Position numbers and translations under genes: made by a program
Notes under the pieces: generated by a model
Told to the model about the DNA's origin: nothing
Databases searched by the model: none
The model's input: only the letters and a program-made list of their open reading frames with translations
Part shown: in pieces, positions 1 to 9,800 of the stretch
Numbering within the stretch: the stretch's first letter is position 1
Layout: each line of letters begins with the position of its first letter
Source: Candidatus Babelota bacterium
Lineage (GTDB): Bacteria; Babelota; Babeliae; Babelales; Vermiphilaceae
NCBI GenBank assembly: GCA_039809905.1
Contig: JBDHVY010000001.1
Span: 420,001-452,000 of the forward strand
Length of the DNA stretch: 32,000 bases
Reading direction: 5' to 3'

Positions 1-65
1 CAGTCCAATTTGATAAAACATGCTGAATAGAAAGACTTATAGAACAAGATAGAATTAAAGAACGA

Positions 66-104
66 GGGGTCGGCGTGTGTAGAAAATCGAAACATGGGGT
101 TAAA
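66..104 (+). repeat. degenerate G/C-run hairpin element, copy E0
   Basis: GGGGTCGG-CGTGT-gtagaaaatcgaa-ACATG-GGGTTAAAAA; right arm AACATGGGG and 13-nt loop match copy E8. Confidence 0.5.
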
Positions 105-181
105 AATCTTGATTTGACCTTTTTTATTATGATATATTCAAGTTGAATTTGTAAAAAACAAGAAGTAAAAAAGGTATTACC

Positions 182-841
182 ATGAAGAAAAACTATAAAG
201 AAGCTCTGGCAGCATTTATTATTCTTTATAGCCTTATGGTACCAACATATCTAACTCCTAAAGGCGGCCGAGCACAAGTTGCTGCAGTTAGTGCAAAAAC
301 ACCACAACCTATTGTTCAAAAACCACGTAAAATAGAAAAACCATCAGAAGAAGAACAATCAGAACCAGAAATTATTTCCAATGCAAAACAAATCAAGGCT
401 TTTGTTCCTCAACCAGGAATATTTACGCGTATGTATTTGGGCTTCACTCCAATAATTTTGAGTAGTCTTAATACTGCAATTGGAGCAGGAATTGCTGCCG
501 CAACCAAAGTGGTTCTTGCTGGTTTTCTTGAAGCTCGCCAATATACACTCGCTAAAAAAGCTGCTCAGGAATATGCAAAAGATGAAATTCAAAAAGGTCT
601 TTTTAGTGGAGCACAATTCGCTCAATTTACTCCACAACAAAAAATAGATCTTGCAACAGAAACTATTTTAAAGTCAAACAAAATAAATATGGCTGAAATG
701 GATGCGAGTACATCATACTCTGCTCTTTTCAGCCAAGGACTTTATCCAGCTAAGCTCAACATAGGAGCTTCTCTGATCTCGGGATTTATAACAATGGGAG
801 TAGCTCTGCTGTTGCAAAGCTTAATGCCTCAATCTGAGTAA
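182..841 (+). CDS. hypothetical protein with N-terminal signal/TM segment and a second hydrophobic C-terminal segment
   Basis: 219 aa ORF; MKKNYKEALAAFIILYSLMVPTYL N-terminus; purine-rich RBS-like aaaaagg upstream. Confidence 0.7.
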   Translation: MKKNYKEALAAFIILYSLMVPTYLTPKGGRAQVAAVSAKTPQPIVQKPRKIEKPSEEEQSEPEIISNAKQIKAFVPQPGIFTRMYLGFTPIILSSLNTAIGAGIAAATKVVLAGFLEARQYTLAKKAAQEYAKDEIQKGLFSGAQFAQFTPQQKIDLATETILKSNKINMAEMDASTSYSALFSQGLYPAKLNIGASLISGFITMGVALLLQSLMPQSE

Positions 842-857
842 ATATATAATGGTTTTC

Positions 858-1217
858 TTATAACTCAGTATATTTTGTCCACTTACCCTTACTTTTTTCA
901 ATAGGGTATTTACGTGCTTTTTCAATTTGTTTATGCGCAAGAGCCTTGCTCAAATCAATCTTATTTTGATTACAAAAACACAAAAGCGCAAATGCAATAT
1001 CTGCTACTTCATCTTCAACATCTTGTCTACGTTTTTCTAATTCATCATATGAAGCTGCACTCTCGCACCATAAAAAAAGATCCATGAGTTCTGTGCTTTC
1101 TGAAACTAATGCCATACTCAAATTTTTCGGACTGTGAAATTGTTGCCATTCACGATCTTCAATAAACTTTTTAACATCCTTTTTTAAAGATTCTATTGTT
1201 GTTGTTACATCTGACAT
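858..1217 (-). CDS. MazG-like nucleotide pyrophosphohydrolase (all-alpha NTP-PPase)
   Basis: Motif pattern WQQFHSPKNLSMALVSESTELMDLFLW....EDEVADIAFALLCFCNQNKIDL typical of small MazG/RS21-C6-like enzymes. Confidence 0.88.
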   Translation of the reverse strand: MSDVTTTIESLKKDVKKFIEDREWQQFHSPKNLSMALVSESTELMDLFLWCESAASYDELEKRRQDVEDEVADIAFALLCFCNQNKIDLSKALAHKQIEKARKYPIEKSKGKWTKYTEL

Positions 1218-1226
1218 GTAAAATCC

Positions 1227-1607
1227 TTATGCCAAAAATCTTATACGTTCTATTAATGCATTAAGCTCTCTAGAAAATGAATCAAATCCGGAAACAATTA
1301 CATCTACATTTTCTTGTTCATATGTATACGATGTTAGATGTCGTTTTTCTATAAAAGCAAACCACTCTTCTGGGTTATCAATCAATCGCGCAAGAGCAGC
1401 TTTTCGAAACACATCTCTAGGCGCGGTTGATTCTACACCTTGAGCAGTTAAAATGTGCTTCATTGTTTTCCATGATAATTCATAACAAACCTTAAAAGCC
1501 TGCACAGCCCCAGCCTTATCTCTATCAGTTATCATATCCTGGCGAAATCGCTCAAAAACTGATTGTGCTTTAAGTAAATTGCTAAAATCTGTCCCTAATT
1601 TTTCCAT
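1227..1607 (-). CDS. Nucleotidyltransferase substrate-binding protein, HI0074 type (HEPN-like)
   Basis: Sequence pattern DFSNLLKAQSVFERF...AGAVQAFKVCYELSWKTMKHILTAQGVE...PRDVFRKAALARLIDNPEEW...KRHLTSYTY; no NTase gene adjacent. Confidence 0.85.
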   Translation of the reverse strand: MEKLGTDFSNLLKAQSVFERFRQDMITDRDKAGAVQAFKVCYELSWKTMKHILTAQGVESTAPRDVFRKAALARLIDNPEEWFAFIEKRHLTSYTYEQENVDVIVSGFDSFSRELNALIERIRFLA

Positions 1608-1635
1608 GCCCTATTCCTCGATGTTATGTATATTA

Positions 1636-2265
1636 TTATTCTTGTTGTTTATGATGTAAAAAATCTACGACAAATTGGCTCCAAGATTCCATGCATTCAC
1701 GTTGTGCGATACAATCTGCAAGCGAAACTAATGTACCACTTTTTAATTCTGATTTTATTGCAATATCAGCACTATCACCTTCAAGCAAAAATACAAATCC
1801 AATATGCACCTTGCCAACATCGTTGGAATCATCATTCAAAATGCCCAGAGGTTTTACATTCACTTTCCCTGCATAATCAACTTCTTCATGAAATTCACGC
1901 AATGCCCATGCAAAAAGCGAATCCTCTACCATATCTTCTTGCCGAATATGACCACCAATACCAAGTGTTAATTTATTGCGCAAACGAGCTTCTGAGGCAT
2001 CTGATTTTCGTTGCATCAAAAAATATTTATCATCATGAGTAAAAACAAGATAGGGAATAATTTGTTTATATCGAGGATCAACTTCCATCATTGAACGCGG
2101 TAAAAATTCTTTTTTATCATTAATTATGCTGACATAATGATCAAAATTGACTTCTTTTAATCCGTGCCATGCCTGTACATCATCAAAAAAATATTGCCTA
2201 GACATAACAAGAATAAGTTCATCCTGGATGTGCGCAGTGGGTTGTTGTGTATTCATTTGTGTCAT
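1636..2265 (-). CDS. NUDIX (MutT-family) hydrolase
   Basis: IIPYLVFTHDDKYFLMQRKSD...LTLGIGGHI...ALREFHEEVDYAG (Nudix-box-like REFHEE). Confidence 0.85.
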   Translation of the reverse strand: MTQMNTQQPTAHIQDELILVMSRQYFFDDVQAWHGLKEVNFDHYVSIINDKKEFLPRSMMEVDPRYKQIIPYLVFTHDDKYFLMQRKSDASEARLRNKLTLGIGGHIRQEDMVEDSLFAWALREFHEEVDYAGKVNVKPLGILNDDSNDVGKVHIGFVFLLEGDSADIAIKSELKSGTLVSLADCIAQRECMESWSQFVVDFLHHKQQE

Positions 2266-2438
2266 AAATTATCTTCCTTTTTCTAATGCAGCCATGGCAT
2301 GGCTTAAAATAATTTTCTTTATTTTTTATGCTTTCAGTATAAATCAGACACCCAGATTAGCAACCAATTGACTTATACTTTTTTTGAGCCATACTATCAG
2401 CGTTGATTTGATGTACCATTTCACCCAAAAGGATGTTC

Positions 2439-2810
2439 ATGAAGAAAACGTTACTTACAGCAACTCTAGCAACTGCATTTTCAAGCATAAATTTTGCCAC
2501 TGAAACTCCACAAATAAACCATTTTGAAGAACTAACAAAATTAGTTGACCAATGCGAAAACAATCCTGCTGCACAGATGTGTCCAAAAATGGCAAAAGCT
2601 TGTCCTAAGCTCAAAGCAATGTTAGATGATGTAACAGAAAGATTAGAAAAAACTGGCGTGCCCGGATTTCTTGAAGAAGAAAAATCAAAAATTGAAAATT
2701 ATGTTGCCGCTACCTACCACAAACCAAAGCTGGATAATATCTTACCTGCAGAATTGCCAAACCTGTCTCAGATAATTAATTCTGTTTCTGCGCAACAAAA
2801 CCAAGAATAA
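2439..2810 (+). CDS. small secreted hypothetical protein
   Basis: Signal peptide MKKTLLTATLATAFSSINFATE; start placed at second Met of ORF 2433..2810 for better RBS spacing (aaaagg). Confidence 0.65.
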   Translation: MKKTLLTATLATAFSSINFATETPQINHFEELTKLVDQCENNPAAQMCPKMAKACPKLKAMLDDVTERLEKTGVPGFLEEEKSKIENYVAATYHKPKLDNILPAELPNLSQIINSVSAQQNQE

Positions 2811-2828
2811 AAAAACTCTTTTGGTATA

Positions 2829-2856
2829 AAAAACCCTCTATTTGTAGAGGGTTTTT
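2829..2856 (+). terminator. Rho-independent terminator
   Basis: AAACCCTCTA-TTTG-TAGAGGGTTT followed by T tract, 3' of ORF 2439..2810. Confidence 0.85.
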
Positions 2857-2937
2857 GCATTATTGACTTATATTCATTTTGCAATATAATAATTAATGTA
2901 AATATGTTTATTAATTTTATACCAAAGGGACTGCATA

Positions 2938-3417
2938 ATGACTAACAGAAAATTGTTGCTGGCTTTCTTGAGTGTTTTTACTTCTAGTGTAATGTTGGCA
3001 GATACTCAAAGTAATAATGATACAAAAAAAACATTATCAATATTAAATTCTGAGCTAGGTCGTAGAGAGTGTCGCTTCCTTACTTATTCATGCGAAGAGA
3101 ACTTTATGCCAGAATGTATTCTTATCGGTGAATATTTACTTAAAGCTAAACAATTCCAAGCCGAAAAAGATAACATTTATGTTTTAACTAAGCAACTTGC
3201 CAACATCGAAAATCCTATTTGCAAAAAACCTGTTGAGCAAGATTTAAAAAAGGCAAAAGAAAATTGTCCAAATTTTGAAAAACTATATTGGAACACATTA
3301 ACAGCAGAACAACAAGAAAGCATAGCAAACGCTGTAGCTAATATTGTTAGATCAAAGAATAATTCTTATTCATATTCAGATTCAATGAATGCAGTGCATA
3401 AGGCACTAAATAAATAA
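2938..3417 (+). CDS. secreted hypothetical protein with several cysteines
   Basis: Signal-peptide-like MTNRKLLLAFLSVFTSSVMLAD; five Cys in the mature part. Confidence 0.7.
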   Translation: MTNRKLLLAFLSVFTSSVMLADTQSNNDTKKTLSILNSELGRRECRFLTYSCEENFMPECILIGEYLLKAKQFQAEKDNIYVLTKQLANIENPICKKPVEQDLKKAKENCPNFEKLYWNTLTAEQQESIANAVANIVRSKNNSYSYSDSMNAVHKALNK

Positions 3418-3440
3418 CTTTTATACAAAATCAAATTAAA

Positions 3441-3473
3441 AAATAACCTCCACAATACTGGGGGTTATTTTTT
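3441..3473 (+). terminator. Rho-independent terminator
   Basis: AAATAACCTCC...GGGGGTTATTT plus T run. Confidence 0.8.
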
Positions 3474-3583
3474 GTCCATTTTTTTATACACATTCACAAT
3501 GCAATATGCTATGTATACAAAATATAATCTCATTCTCATATCAATACCCAATACACATTGAACTATAAAAAAAGGAGTCTCTT

Positions 3584-3976
3584 ATGATCATTAATGATAC
3601 CAAATTCAATTCCATTTGGACCATTTCAAAATATGTCTACGGCCTTGTTCCTGTGCTCATCGGCCTTGATAAATTTTCCTTTTTCATTGTTGATTGGAAT
3701 ATGTATGTCAGTCCTTTTGCAGCATCCATTGTTCCCATTACAACTCTTGTTCCTCTTGTTGGTATTATCGAAATTGCAGCAGGATTGCTGATTCTGACTA
3801 AATATCCTCGTTTTGGTGCCTATCTTGTTGCTGCGTGGATTGGGATTGTTATTATTAATCTATTCATGATTGGTGGCCTTTACGATATTATTTTGCGTGA
3901 TATTGCCATTGCATTTGGTTACATTGTATTTGCAATGCTGACTGAAGTTAAAGAATCTGCTCAGACATCAATATAG
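3584..3976 (+). CDS. DoxX-like small membrane protein
   Basis: 130 aa, four hydrophobic segments, GLVPVLIGLDKFSFF...GIIEIAAGLLILTKYPRFGAYLVAAWI; aaaggag RBS. Confidence 0.65.
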   Translation: MIINDTKFNSIWTISKYVYGLVPVLIGLDKFSFFIVDWNMYVSPFAASIVPITTLVPLVGIIEIAAGLLILTKYPRFGAYLVAAWIGIVIINLFMIGGLYDIILRDIAIAFGYIVFAMLTEVKESAQTSI

Positions 3977-5222
3977 CCAATTTTTGTTTAATAGCTTCGT
4001 TAAAAAGCGGTTGAGTAATTTTAGGTAAATTTTGAACACGATTTGAAAGGGATATTTCTTTTATATCTTCATGAGTAAGAGCATTATTAATCGCTTTAAA
4101 GCACAATGTTAAATAGTTACTTGTGTAAGGACAATGAACTTCATTACTTTTTATATCTACCTGCAATGCCCGACTACTTAATCTTTTTGAATGTGTTTGC
4201 GGTAAGGGAAAATAAGCTATCATGATAGATGAAAGCTCTGTAATATCCCACAGATATGCTCTATTATTTTTACTTGAACAGGTAGTCATTAAAAAAGGTA
4301 CGTGATCGATTTCATCAAGTAAATGATTCCAGGAAACAAAACAAACCGGTTTTTCATGTGGTAAAATTTTAGTGATATATGTTTGAGAATTAAGAAGAAT
4401 TATATCATTGCTACCGTTAGCAATCGCAAGCCATTTTCCATCAGCAGAATGATCTATATCCGTTACAATTCCATCATAAACATATGTATGATCATATTTT
4501 CCCGTTTTCCAATTCCATAACCGTATTGTTTTATCATCTGATACGGTTACAAGAAGATGTTTTACATTTTTTGCATTATGCTTAACTGTATAGGATAAAG
4601 CAAAACGAACAACATCCGTATGTTCTTTCAATACATGATAATATGTTTTTCCGTTTATCTTATAAAAATCATCACTCACTTTTTTTAAAATATATTTTTT
4701 TATGCTCGGTACTAAATCTTCAAATGAATGTTCTGCTGATAGAACTGTATCGAGAGTTTTTCCGTTAACATTCTCCAGATCCATAGCCTTTTGATACATA
4801 CAGCGATCAATTAAAAACTTAAAAAGAGCATTCCTTTTTGTTAAAGCCGCAAATATTTGAGGCTGATCTAACTGTTTAATTTTATCAGGAATTAAGGGAT
4901 ATAATTTATTGAGAGCTTTTATTGATTGTTTATAAGCAGCAATAGGCTCTTCTTGCTGTAATTTTTCAATGGAATAGAATGAAGAATCTTGTTTTACAAA
5001 TTCATCAATTCGTTGAGAAAGCTCCCGACAATTTTTTATAGACTTGATTGGTCTTAATAGTGTTTCTTGACTAGAACGAAAGCTTTTTAAGAGTTTATAA
5101 GTATCTTCGTCAGTAAATGGAGACTTATCTTCAATCAACGGCACCTCCGGAAAATCCATAGACGATAAAGAAAGAATACTAAAGCACAACAACACCATAA
5201 GCATTCTTATTGTTTTATCCAT
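3948..5222 (-). CDS. secreted WD40-repeat-containing protein
   Basis: Signal peptide MDKTIRMLMVLLCFSILSLSS; WD40-like VKHLLVTVSDDKTIRLWNWKTGKYDHTYVYDG...DHSADGKWLAIANGSNDIILLN. Confidence 0.75.
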   Translation of the reverse strand: MDKTIRMLMVLLCFSILSLSSMDFPEVPLIEDKSPFTDEDTYKLLKSFRSSQETLLRPIKSIKNCRELSQRIDEFVKQDSSFYSIEKLQQEEPIAAYKQSIKALNKLYPLIPDKIKQLDQPQIFAALTKRNALFKFLIDRCMYQKAMDLENVNGKTLDTVLSAEHSFEDLVPSIKKYILKKVSDDFYKINGKTYYHVLKEHTDVVRFALSYTVKHNAKNVKHLLVTVSDDKTIRLWNWKTGKYDHTYVYDGIVTDIDHSADGKWLAIANGSNDIILLNSQTYITKILPHEKPVCFVSWNHLLDEIDHVPFLMTTCSSKNNRAYLWDITELSSIMIAYFPLPQTHSKRLSSRALQVDIKSNEVHCPYTSNYLTLCFKAINNALTHEDIKEISLSNRVQNLPKITQPLFNEAIKQKLAILMSEQIL

Positions 5223-5276
5223 AAGCTAACCCTTTATAGCAAACTTAGTTAATGTTGGCACAAGTATCATCTCAAC

Positions 5277-5302
5277 CCCATGCGCAAAGCATTGAGCATG
5301 GG
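5277..5302 (+). repeat. G/C-run hairpin element, copy E1
   Basis: CCCATGC-gcaaagcattga-GCATGGG; 24/26 identical to 14998-15023. Confidence 0.75.
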
Positions 5303-5390
5303 ATTATAAAAAATGTTTCTACTATTATAAAGAATAGCTTATAGATAAAACCAGGGAATGTTGATCAATTGAGCCTATTTTTTATCTCAA

Positions 5391-5687
5391 TTATCTTTTT
5401 CTAAAGGGTGATGGTGACCGTGAACTATGCTTGAAAGTTTTAAGCATTTTATTTTGTATGGCAATAACAGTTTCTCTATCTTTTCGGCTTCGTCTTTGAG
5501 AACGAGGAGCATCTGTTAGGGGCTTGAATATCGTGTGCTGCTCTTCAATAATAACGCGCTGTTGCTCTCGGCTTAATCTTTTTGTGTTTGGAGCATTGAA
5601 CATAGCAGGATCTCCGCCAGAACCTGCCATAAGAAATATATTTAAAAGAAGTGTAGCGATTGGCATCAAAATCATATTTTTCATCAT
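5391..5687 (-). CDS. small exported basic hypothetical protein
   Basis: Signal-peptide-like MMKNMILMPIATLLLNIFLMAGS then Arg/Lys/Ser-rich tail ending SRSPSPFRKR. Confidence 0.5.
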   Translation of the reverse strand: MMKNMILMPIATLLLNIFLMAGSGGDPAMFNAPNTKRLSREQQRVIIEEQHTIFKPLTDAPRSQRRSRKDRETVIAIQNKMLKTFKHSSRSPSPFRKR

Positions 5688-5889
5688 AGAAAATTCCTTA
5701 ATGTAAAATTAAATATGTGATATACCCTCTACAACAACTGATTTTATACTATTTTTTATTGCCAACATCAAGTTTTTCAAGAAATAGTGACTTTTCTGAA
5801 AAGTTTGCAATGCTAGACTTGTTTTTCACCCTTTTTTATGTATTATTAGTAATAATATTATTATCATATTGTCCTTTTGAGGATTTCGT

Positions 5890-6030
5890 ATGTTTACTTC
5901 AGCTGTTTCCGTGGATGCTTTTGCATTTCAACATCAATATCCCGTTGCTATGTTCTTTTCTCTTGTTTCTCCTATTCTTTTATTGTCTTTATCTATTACT
6001 CTCTTATACCTGCTGCTCGGCAGTCTATAA
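5890..6030 (+). CDS. possible 46-aa membrane small ORF
   Basis: GAGG 7 nt upstream of ATG; MFTSAVSVDAFAFQHQYPVAMFFSLVSPILLLSLSITLLYLLLGSL; below the ORF-track size cutoff. Confidence 0.25.
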   Translation: MFTSAVSVDAFAFQHQYPVAMFFSLVSPILLLSLSITLLYLLLGSL

Positions 6031-6148
6031 AATTCTGGCATAAACGCCTATTAATCACTCTTTTTTATCCCTATTTTTTATTGAATTTATATGTTTTTGC
6101 ATAGCTATTAGTTATAACTATGTTTATTTTTACCTATAAGGATTTTCC

Positions 6149-7120
6149 ATGTCATCAAAAAACACATGGGCTTCAAATATTGGATATATTTGGGCCATGA
6201 TCAGTTCGGCTGAAGATTTTTTCATGAATATAAAACAAATGATAATTCCTATTTTTATAATTATTATGGGAATAACAAAAAATTCATTTTCTATGAATAA
6301 AAGCAACATTATCAAAGCTGCAATTTTACCCACTTCAGGAGCAATTATTAGCGCTAAAAAGTATCGCGATTATAAACAAGACCTCACCGGAACAATAACT
6401 GAATATCGATGGCCTCAACCAGCAATAAGCTGGATTGAAAAAATCAAGCATAATGTAGATATAAAATTGCCGACAGAATATGTACGTTTCAATAAGTCCG
6501 ATGGACATCCTTCCGGTTTTTATACTATAAAGGATCATATAATAGCAGCAGACTATGAAACAGTAGAGAAAATAAATAACTTCGTCAAAAAACCAATAAA
6601 CACAGATAGAGATCATGAAGAGCTTGCAACTGAATCTGTACTTATAAAGCATGAATTTGGACATATAAAAAGTAATGATTCTTGGAAAAAAATAAAGGCT
6701 TCTTTTGTAATACCAACAACTATTCAGACAGGATTTTCGGGAATATATTACTGCTTTGATAAAATATTTCCTTCAAGAAAATCTCCAACAAAAATCAATG
6801 CATATACCAAATCAGCTGCAGCAATAATAGCTTTATGGATAAAAATAATTGTTTGGGATATCAGTGAAAAAACTTATTATAGATACTTAGAAAAAAATGC
6901 CGACCAATTTGCACTTGAACATGCAACTCAAGAGGAAATTGCTGCATTTATAAAAATCATCAAAAAAAATGAAGAAGAAATGTTACAACATCCTGATTAC
7001 AAAGATATAGCACATGATGAAACAGAAATAAGAAAAACATTTTTCTATGGAAAAGATCCGCATTCTTTTCCTGCCGACCGTATTGCAATGGCAGAAAAAT
7101 ATTTGAAGAAAACTGAATAA
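6149..7120 (+). CDS. M48-like zinc metalloprotease
   Basis: ATESVLIKHEFGHIKS (HExxH) and downstream YLEKNADQFALEHA (ExxxD-like third ligand); hydrophobic N-terminal region; aagga RBS. Confidence 0.75.
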   Translation: MSSKNTWASNIGYIWAMISSAEDFFMNIKQMIIPIFIIIMGITKNSFSMNKSNIIKAAILPTSGAIISAKKYRDYKQDLTGTITEYRWPQPAISWIEKIKHNVDIKLPTEYVRFNKSDGHPSGFYTIKDHIIAADYETVEKINNFVKKPINTDRDHEELATESVLIKHEFGHIKSNDSWKKIKASFVIPTTIQTGFSGIYYCFDKIFPSRKSPTKINAYTKSAAAIIALWIKIIVWDISEKTYYRYLEKNADQFALEHATQEEIAAFIKIIKKNEEEMLQHPDYKDIAHDETEIRKTFFYGKDPHSFPADRIAMAEKYLKKTE

Positions 7121-7198
7121 CTGAATAGATAATGCACATATAAAATAAAATGTTTATACTGTAAAATATAAACATTTTACTCGAATTAAGGAATTGCA

Positions 7199-9655
7199 AT
7201 GAGTTACGATTTTGTATCAGTTGAAAAAAAATGGCGTAAAAGTTGGCATGATTCTTCAGCCAGGGTCCTCATGAGTAATAAAATGGATCATGAGGTTAAA
7301 AAATTCTACTGCCTTGATATGTTTCCTTATCCATCAGGAAGTGGATTACATGTGGGTCACTGGCGAGGGTATGTTCTTTCAGATGTTTATACACGCATCA
7401 AATGGCTTGAAGGTTATGATATCCTGCATCCTATGGGATGGGATGCTTTTGGTCTTCCAGCAGAAAATGATGCCATAAAAAAAGGTATTCATCCAAAAGT
7501 TGGAACCGCTACCAACATTGCCAATTTTAAAAAACAACTTCATGAAATTGGTGCTTTATATAATTGGGATAAGGAACTTGATACAACAGATCCTAACTAT
7601 TATAAATGGACTCAGTGGATTTTTTTACAAATGTTTAAAGCAGGTCTTGCGTATGAAGATATGGCCCCAATCAATTGGTGTCCTTCATGTCTCACAGGTC
7701 TTGCAAATGAAGAGGTTGTTGATGGCAAATGTGAACGCTGTGGATCAGAAGTTGTTCAACGAACCATCAGACAGTGGATTTTAAAAATTACCGCGTATGC
7801 TGAGAAACTTTTAAATGGCCTCGATAAACTTGAGTGGCCAGAAAAAGTTAAATTGATGCAACGCAATTGGATTGGAAAAAGTGAAGGTTTAATCTTTTCT
7901 TCTCCAGTAAAAGATTCTCATCTAGTACTTGAAACATTTTCAGCTCACTTTGAAGCATTCTGCGCCGATACCTTTTTAGTTATTGCCCCTGATCATGAGC
8001 TTTTACCATATCTTGTTGAAAAGGTATCAAATCGTGAAGAAATTTTGGCCTATGCTCAAGAACTCGTACATGAGCGTTTGCGAGATAAAGGGGCCGCAGG
8101 GCATGAACCCAAAGGCATCTTTACCGGTTGTTATACGATAGATCCTGTTGGCAATGGTGAATTGCCAATCTGGGTTGCAAGCTTTGCACTTGCCGATTAT
8201 GGAACTGGTATCATTAAATGTTCTGCACATGATGAACGCGATTTTGCATTTGCAAAAAAATACGGTATTAAGCTGAAAGCTGTTTTATTTCCTGAAGATC
8301 CAGCTCTACGTAAACAAGTAGAAAATTTTGATATTTGTTATACCGATATGAAGAAGGGTATCTTAGCAGAACCATCAATATTAGCAGGCAAAAAAGCTGG
8401 TGATGTACGTGGTGATATTGTTGAATACTGCGAAAGAAATAATCTCGCACGTCGCACAACCAATTATAAATTACGCGATTGGGTATTTTCTCGCCAACGT
8501 TATTGGGGCGAACCAATACCATTAATTCATTGCAAAAAATGTGGTATTGTTCCTGTTCCGGAAGATCAATTACCGGTGACACTACCAGAAATTGAACAAT
8601 ACGAACCAACAGGCACCGGTGAATCGCCACTTGCGGCAATTCATGAATGGGTGCATGTTGCATGCCCACAATGCAATGGACCAGCAGAGCGAGAAACTAA
8701 TACCATGCCTCAATGGGCTGGATCATGTTGGTATTTCCTGCGCTATCCAAATCCACATTTAAAAGATAAACCTTGGGATCCTGCTGATATGAATTATTGG
8801 ATGCCAGTAGATTTATATGTTGGTGGAGTTGAGCATGCAATTTTACATTTACTCTATGCACGTTTTTGGGTAAAAGTATTATATGATTTGGGACATTTAC
8901 CATTTGATGAACCATTTAATCATCTTTTTAATCAAGGAATGGTATTAAAATATTCAGAAAAATCAGGCCTTGTTGAAAAAATGTCTAAATCAAAAGGTAA
9001 TGTTGTTAGCCCTGATGATATGGTTGCAAAATATGGTTCTGATGTATTGCGCATGTATATTCTTTTCATGGGGCCACCAGAACTTGATTGTGAATGGCAA
9101 GATAGTGGTATTGAAGGTGTTAAACGCTTTGCAAACCGCGTGTATGATTACTTAACAAAACCGGCCACAATATTGCCGCAAGGCGAACAAGAAGATATTT
9201 CTGTTACACGCCGTACCCATAAATTGCTGCAAGATTTTCAAGAACGCATTGATTTATTTAAGCCAAATACAGCGCTTTCTGCATTTATGGAATGGATCAA
9301 TGATGCAACTGCCGCTTCAATGAAATTGAGCAAAGATTCTGCAGAAAAAATAATTATCGTACTTTCTGTTATGGCTCCGCACATGGCAAGTGAACTGCTT
9401 GAGCAGTTGTTTAGCAAACAATTGCAAGATTGTTCTTGGTCGTATGCAAATCCAGAATATACGTATGAAGATCACGTAGAAATAATTATTCAGGTGAATG
9501 GCAAACATCGTAGTAGCGTTACCGTTAAACGTAAAGCTGATCAAGATGTTGTTGAACCATTAGCACAACAAGCTATTGCACAATGGCTTGAAGGCAAAGA
9601 AATAATCAAAGTAGTTTTTGTAAAAGATCGTTTGATTAATTTTGTTGTAAGATAA
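7199..9655 (+). CDS. leuS: Leucyl-tRNA synthetase
   Basis: 818 aa; [20 protein letters not shown] (HIGH-type motif), zinc-finger-like region, [15 protein letters not shown] (KMSKS). Confidence 0.98.
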   Translation: MSYDFVSVEKKWRKSWHDSSARVLMSNKMDHEVKKFYCLDMFPYPSGSGLHVGHWRGYVLSDVYTRIKWLEGYDILHPMGWDAFGLPAENDAIKKGIHPKVGTATNIANFKKQLHEIGALYNWDKELDTTDPNYYKWTQWIFLQMFKAGLAYEDMAPINWCPSCLTGLANEEVVDGKCERCGSEVVQRTIRQWILKITAYAEKLLNGLDKLEWPEKVKLMQRNWIGKSEGLIFSSPVKDSHLVLETFSAHFEAFCADTFLVIAPDHELLPYLVEKVSNREEILAYAQELVHERLRDKGAAGHEPKGIFTGCYTIDPVGNGELPIWVASFALADYGTGIIKCSAHDERDFAFAKKYGIKLKAVLFPEDPALRKQVENFDICYTDMKKGILAEPSILAGKKAGDVRGDIVEYCERNNLARRTTNYKLRDWVFSRQRYWGEPIPLIHCKKCGIVPVPEDQLPVTLPEIEQYEPTGTGESPLAAIHEWVHVACPQCNGPAERETNTMPQWAGSCWYFLRYPNPHLKDKPWDPADMNYWMPVDLYVGGVEHAILHLLYARFWVKVLYDLGHLPFDEPFNHLFNQGMVLKYSEKSGLVEKMSKSKGNVVSPDDMVAKYGSDVLRMYILFMGPPELDCEWQDSGIEGVKRFANRVYDYLTKPATILPQGEQEDISVTRRTHKLLQDFQERIDLFKPNTALSAFMEWINDATAASMKLSKDSAEKIIIVLSVMAPHMASELLEQLFSKQLQDCSWSYANPEYTYEDHVEIIIQVNGKHRSSVTVKRKADQDVVEPLAQQAIAQWLEGKEIIKVVFVKDRLINFVVR

Positions 9656-9695
9656 AAAAAAAGAAGGCGTGTTTATCATGGCACGCCCTTTTTTT
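9656..9695 (+). terminator. Rho-independent terminator of leuS
   Basis: GGCGTG-tttatcatgg-CACGCC followed by TTTTTTT. Confidence 0.9.
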
Positions 9696-9697
9696 AT

Positions 9698-9724
9698 CCC
9701 CAGCTCCGTTTCTCTACGCTGTGG
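9698..9724 (-). repeat. G/C-run hairpin element, copy E2
   Basis: Plus strand CCCCAGC-tccgtttctctac-GCTGTGG (one stem mismatch). Confidence 0.65.
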
Positions 9725-9746
9725 TCATCGATAGCCCAGTATCTAT

Positions 9747-9773
9747 CCCCAATTCCGCTTCTCTTCATTGGGG
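9747..9773 (-). repeat. G/C-run hairpin element, copy E3
   Basis: Plus strand CCCCAAT-tccgcttctcttc-ATTGGGG, perfect stem. Confidence 0.75.
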
Positions 9774-9774
9774 T

Positions 9775-9800
9775 CCCCGTACAAAGAATGAAGGACGGGG
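9775..9800 (+). repeat. G/C-run hairpin element, copy E4
   Basis: GGGGTCCCCGT-acaaagaatgaagg-ACGGGG-TAAAA, perfect 6-bp stem; shares its 5' GGGG with the end of E3. Confidence 0.75.

Noticed and set aside
2439-3417. Possible tandem paralogy of the two small secreted proteins (shared Lys-rich CP motif)
   Set aside because: Similarity is limited to a few residues (KACPKLKAM versus KENCPNFEKLY), with different length and Cys pattern; not supportable by eye.
5717-6104. ORFs 5717..6043 and 5877..6104 as genes
   Set aside because: Mutually overlapping, no convincing RBS, composition (runs of Phe/Tyr/Cys/Leu) consistent with T-rich non-coding DNA.
6130-6664. Minus-strand ORFs 6130..6333 and 6335..6664
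   Set aside because: Antisense to the M48-like gene; translations are hydrophobic shadows of the sense frame.
7290-9544. Multiple 60-133 aa ORFs on both strands inside leuS (e.g. 8268..8669 -, 8970..9155 +)
   Set aside because: They overlap a strongly supported leuS frame, lack RBS-like context and have low-complexity, His/Cys/Ile-rich translations typical of shadow ORFs.
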